Shown here piece by piece: positions 62,555 through 64,000 of a stretch of DNA of 64,000 nt. The notes beneath the pieces were generated by a model. That model was not told the DNA's origin, did not search any database, and worked only from the letters and a program-made list of their open reading frames with translations. The stretch comes from Selaginella moellendorffii. Taxonomy: Eukaryota > Plantae > Lycopodiophyta. The DNA is taken from contig NW_003314271.1 in assembly GCF_000143415.4 (NCBI RefSeq), positions 1,591,769 to 1,655,768 on the forward strand, written 5' to 3'. Both the position numbers and the translations under genes were made by a program. Position 1 is the first letter of the stretch; each line of letters begins with the position of its first letter.

Positions 62555-62945
62555 GAGTTTGAGATGGACCTAAGATGAAGTCTACGATGGACCCCAGATG
62601 GAGTCTAAGATGGACCCGAAATAGAGTTTGAGATGGACTTGAAATGGAGTCTGAGATGGACTCGAGATAGAATTCGAGATGGAGTCTAAGATGGACCCAA
62701 GATAGAATTCGAGGTCGAGTCCGAGATGGACCCAAGATGGAGTCCAAGATAGAGTTTAAGATGGACCTGAAATGGAGTTTAAGGTTGAGTTTGAGATAGA
62801 CCTGAGATGAAGTTTGAGATGGACCCAAGATGGAGTCTGAGGTCAAGTCCAAGATGGACCCGAGATGGAGTCCAAAGTCAAGACCGAGAATGAGTTTGAG
62901 ACCAAGTCTAACACTAAGTCCAAGTACAAGTTCGAGTCTAAGGGT
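62555..62945. repeat. Degenerate minisatellite array (gagatggacccaagatggagtct-like units), probably TE-associated
   Basis: More than 25 imperfect ~10-12-bp subunits with abundant transition variants. Confidence 0.8.
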
Positions 62946-64000
62946 AAAAGCCCAAAGCAATCGTTTCCTAGACTCTAGGGGGTTTGGTGAGCTCCAAAAG
63001 TATAGAAGGGGGAGGACTCTAGTGGAGCCAATTTCGTTATAAAAGGCCAATGTGACCAAGGAAAATTATACTCATGTGTTAAATGATGATATAATTATTG
63101 AGGAGTCTGGAATATGAATAGACAAGTGAGGTAATTTGATGAAGTGTTTAAGAGCCAGCTCTATCTCCCCTAGAAGATTGAATGACTAATGCTCTCAGTC
63201 CAAGTGTAGATAGCACTACCTACTTAGATACCTAGTATGGCTCATCGGAACCTCACTCTAGCCCTATGGCTAAGGCACCCAAAGGTAGAAGGTGGAGAGT
63301 ACTCACGAGGCTCGCATAAAGCCACGGTGATCCAAAATATCATCATAAAGTCCTAGATTGTGAAAAGGAAGAAGAGCAATCATTTGATGTAATGAGTAAA
63401 GATACAATCATATGATAAAGAATTCCTAGAGGACAATGAGACTTAGTGGTCAGGCTTTTAGGCCTTGGCCCAATAGCAATATTGGCGAGCACAACCGTGG
63501 ATAAAGAAGGACTTGGTGGAGATGGAAGAAGGGACATTGGGAAGGGTGTTCCCTATATCTTGAAGCATCTTAAGAGTGCTAAGGGGTGGTCAAGGGATGA
63601 CCACTCATACACGGATGACTTAGTCTTTGAGAAACAAGACTGTAATATAGGTGGTTTTGGACTACCATTATAATAAAGGTGAATGAACATTAAACTCTCC
63701 TTCACGATTTGAAGCTTTTGATGAGGCCTCCAATGTTTTAAGTACTTGTGTATTTTCCAAGCTAGCTAGCAATCTTACAACTTTGTTAGGTTGCCATCTC
63801 ATATTGTCATCCTGCTATACATGTAGAATTTACACGTATGAAGGTTAGTCTTTTCTTTGCATTATAACAAAGAAAGAAAGAAAGAAACATTGAAGGGAGA
63901 CTTGCCTTCAATTCTGCAAATTCTTGCTCCTTGTTTGACAAATGGATCAACATGGCAGTTTCCTTGTGCCTAGATGATGCGAGCTGTAAAATGGCAAAGA

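Noticed and set aside
62547-63059. 170-aa Leu/Ser-rich ORF
   Set aside because: Translation of a minisatellite array.

Overview
Eukaryotic land-plant nuclear DNA, very gene-dense, with many ~50-70 bp introns and intergenic gaps often under 300 bp. This architecture and the protein sequences are most consistent with a lycophyte such as Selaginella (inference, not verified). Housekeeping and metabolic genes, in order: GDSL lipase, three carboxylesterases (one frameshifted), dynamin DRP1, a PhyH-type dioxygenase, SIN3-like corepressor, a TPR protein, an IDD/SGR5-clade zinc finger, EFR3/SRL2-like, RPA3, TOP1, a nucleotide-sugar transporter and a CDC48C/NVL AAA ATPase. The outstanding region is ~30-47.5 kb, an apparent defence cluster. 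It holds three intact, intronless non-RD receptor-like kinases whose ectodomain is a kiwellin (double-psi beta-barrel) domain; two of them also carry a kissper-like 6-Cys N-terminal module. They are arranged as a head-to-head type A/type B pair that was tandemly duplicated; the second type B copy is decayed and split by an RT/RNaseH-less Ty3/gypsy element. A PR-17/BSP secreted protein with a W-box-rich promoter lies within the cluster and an unusual class III peroxidase lies next to it. Further decayed kinase relics, an XPB gene fragment and a tandem array of tRNA-T-arm/B-box-like repeats also occur. Spliced-gene coordinates are start-to-stop spans inferred by eye; no database searches were run.
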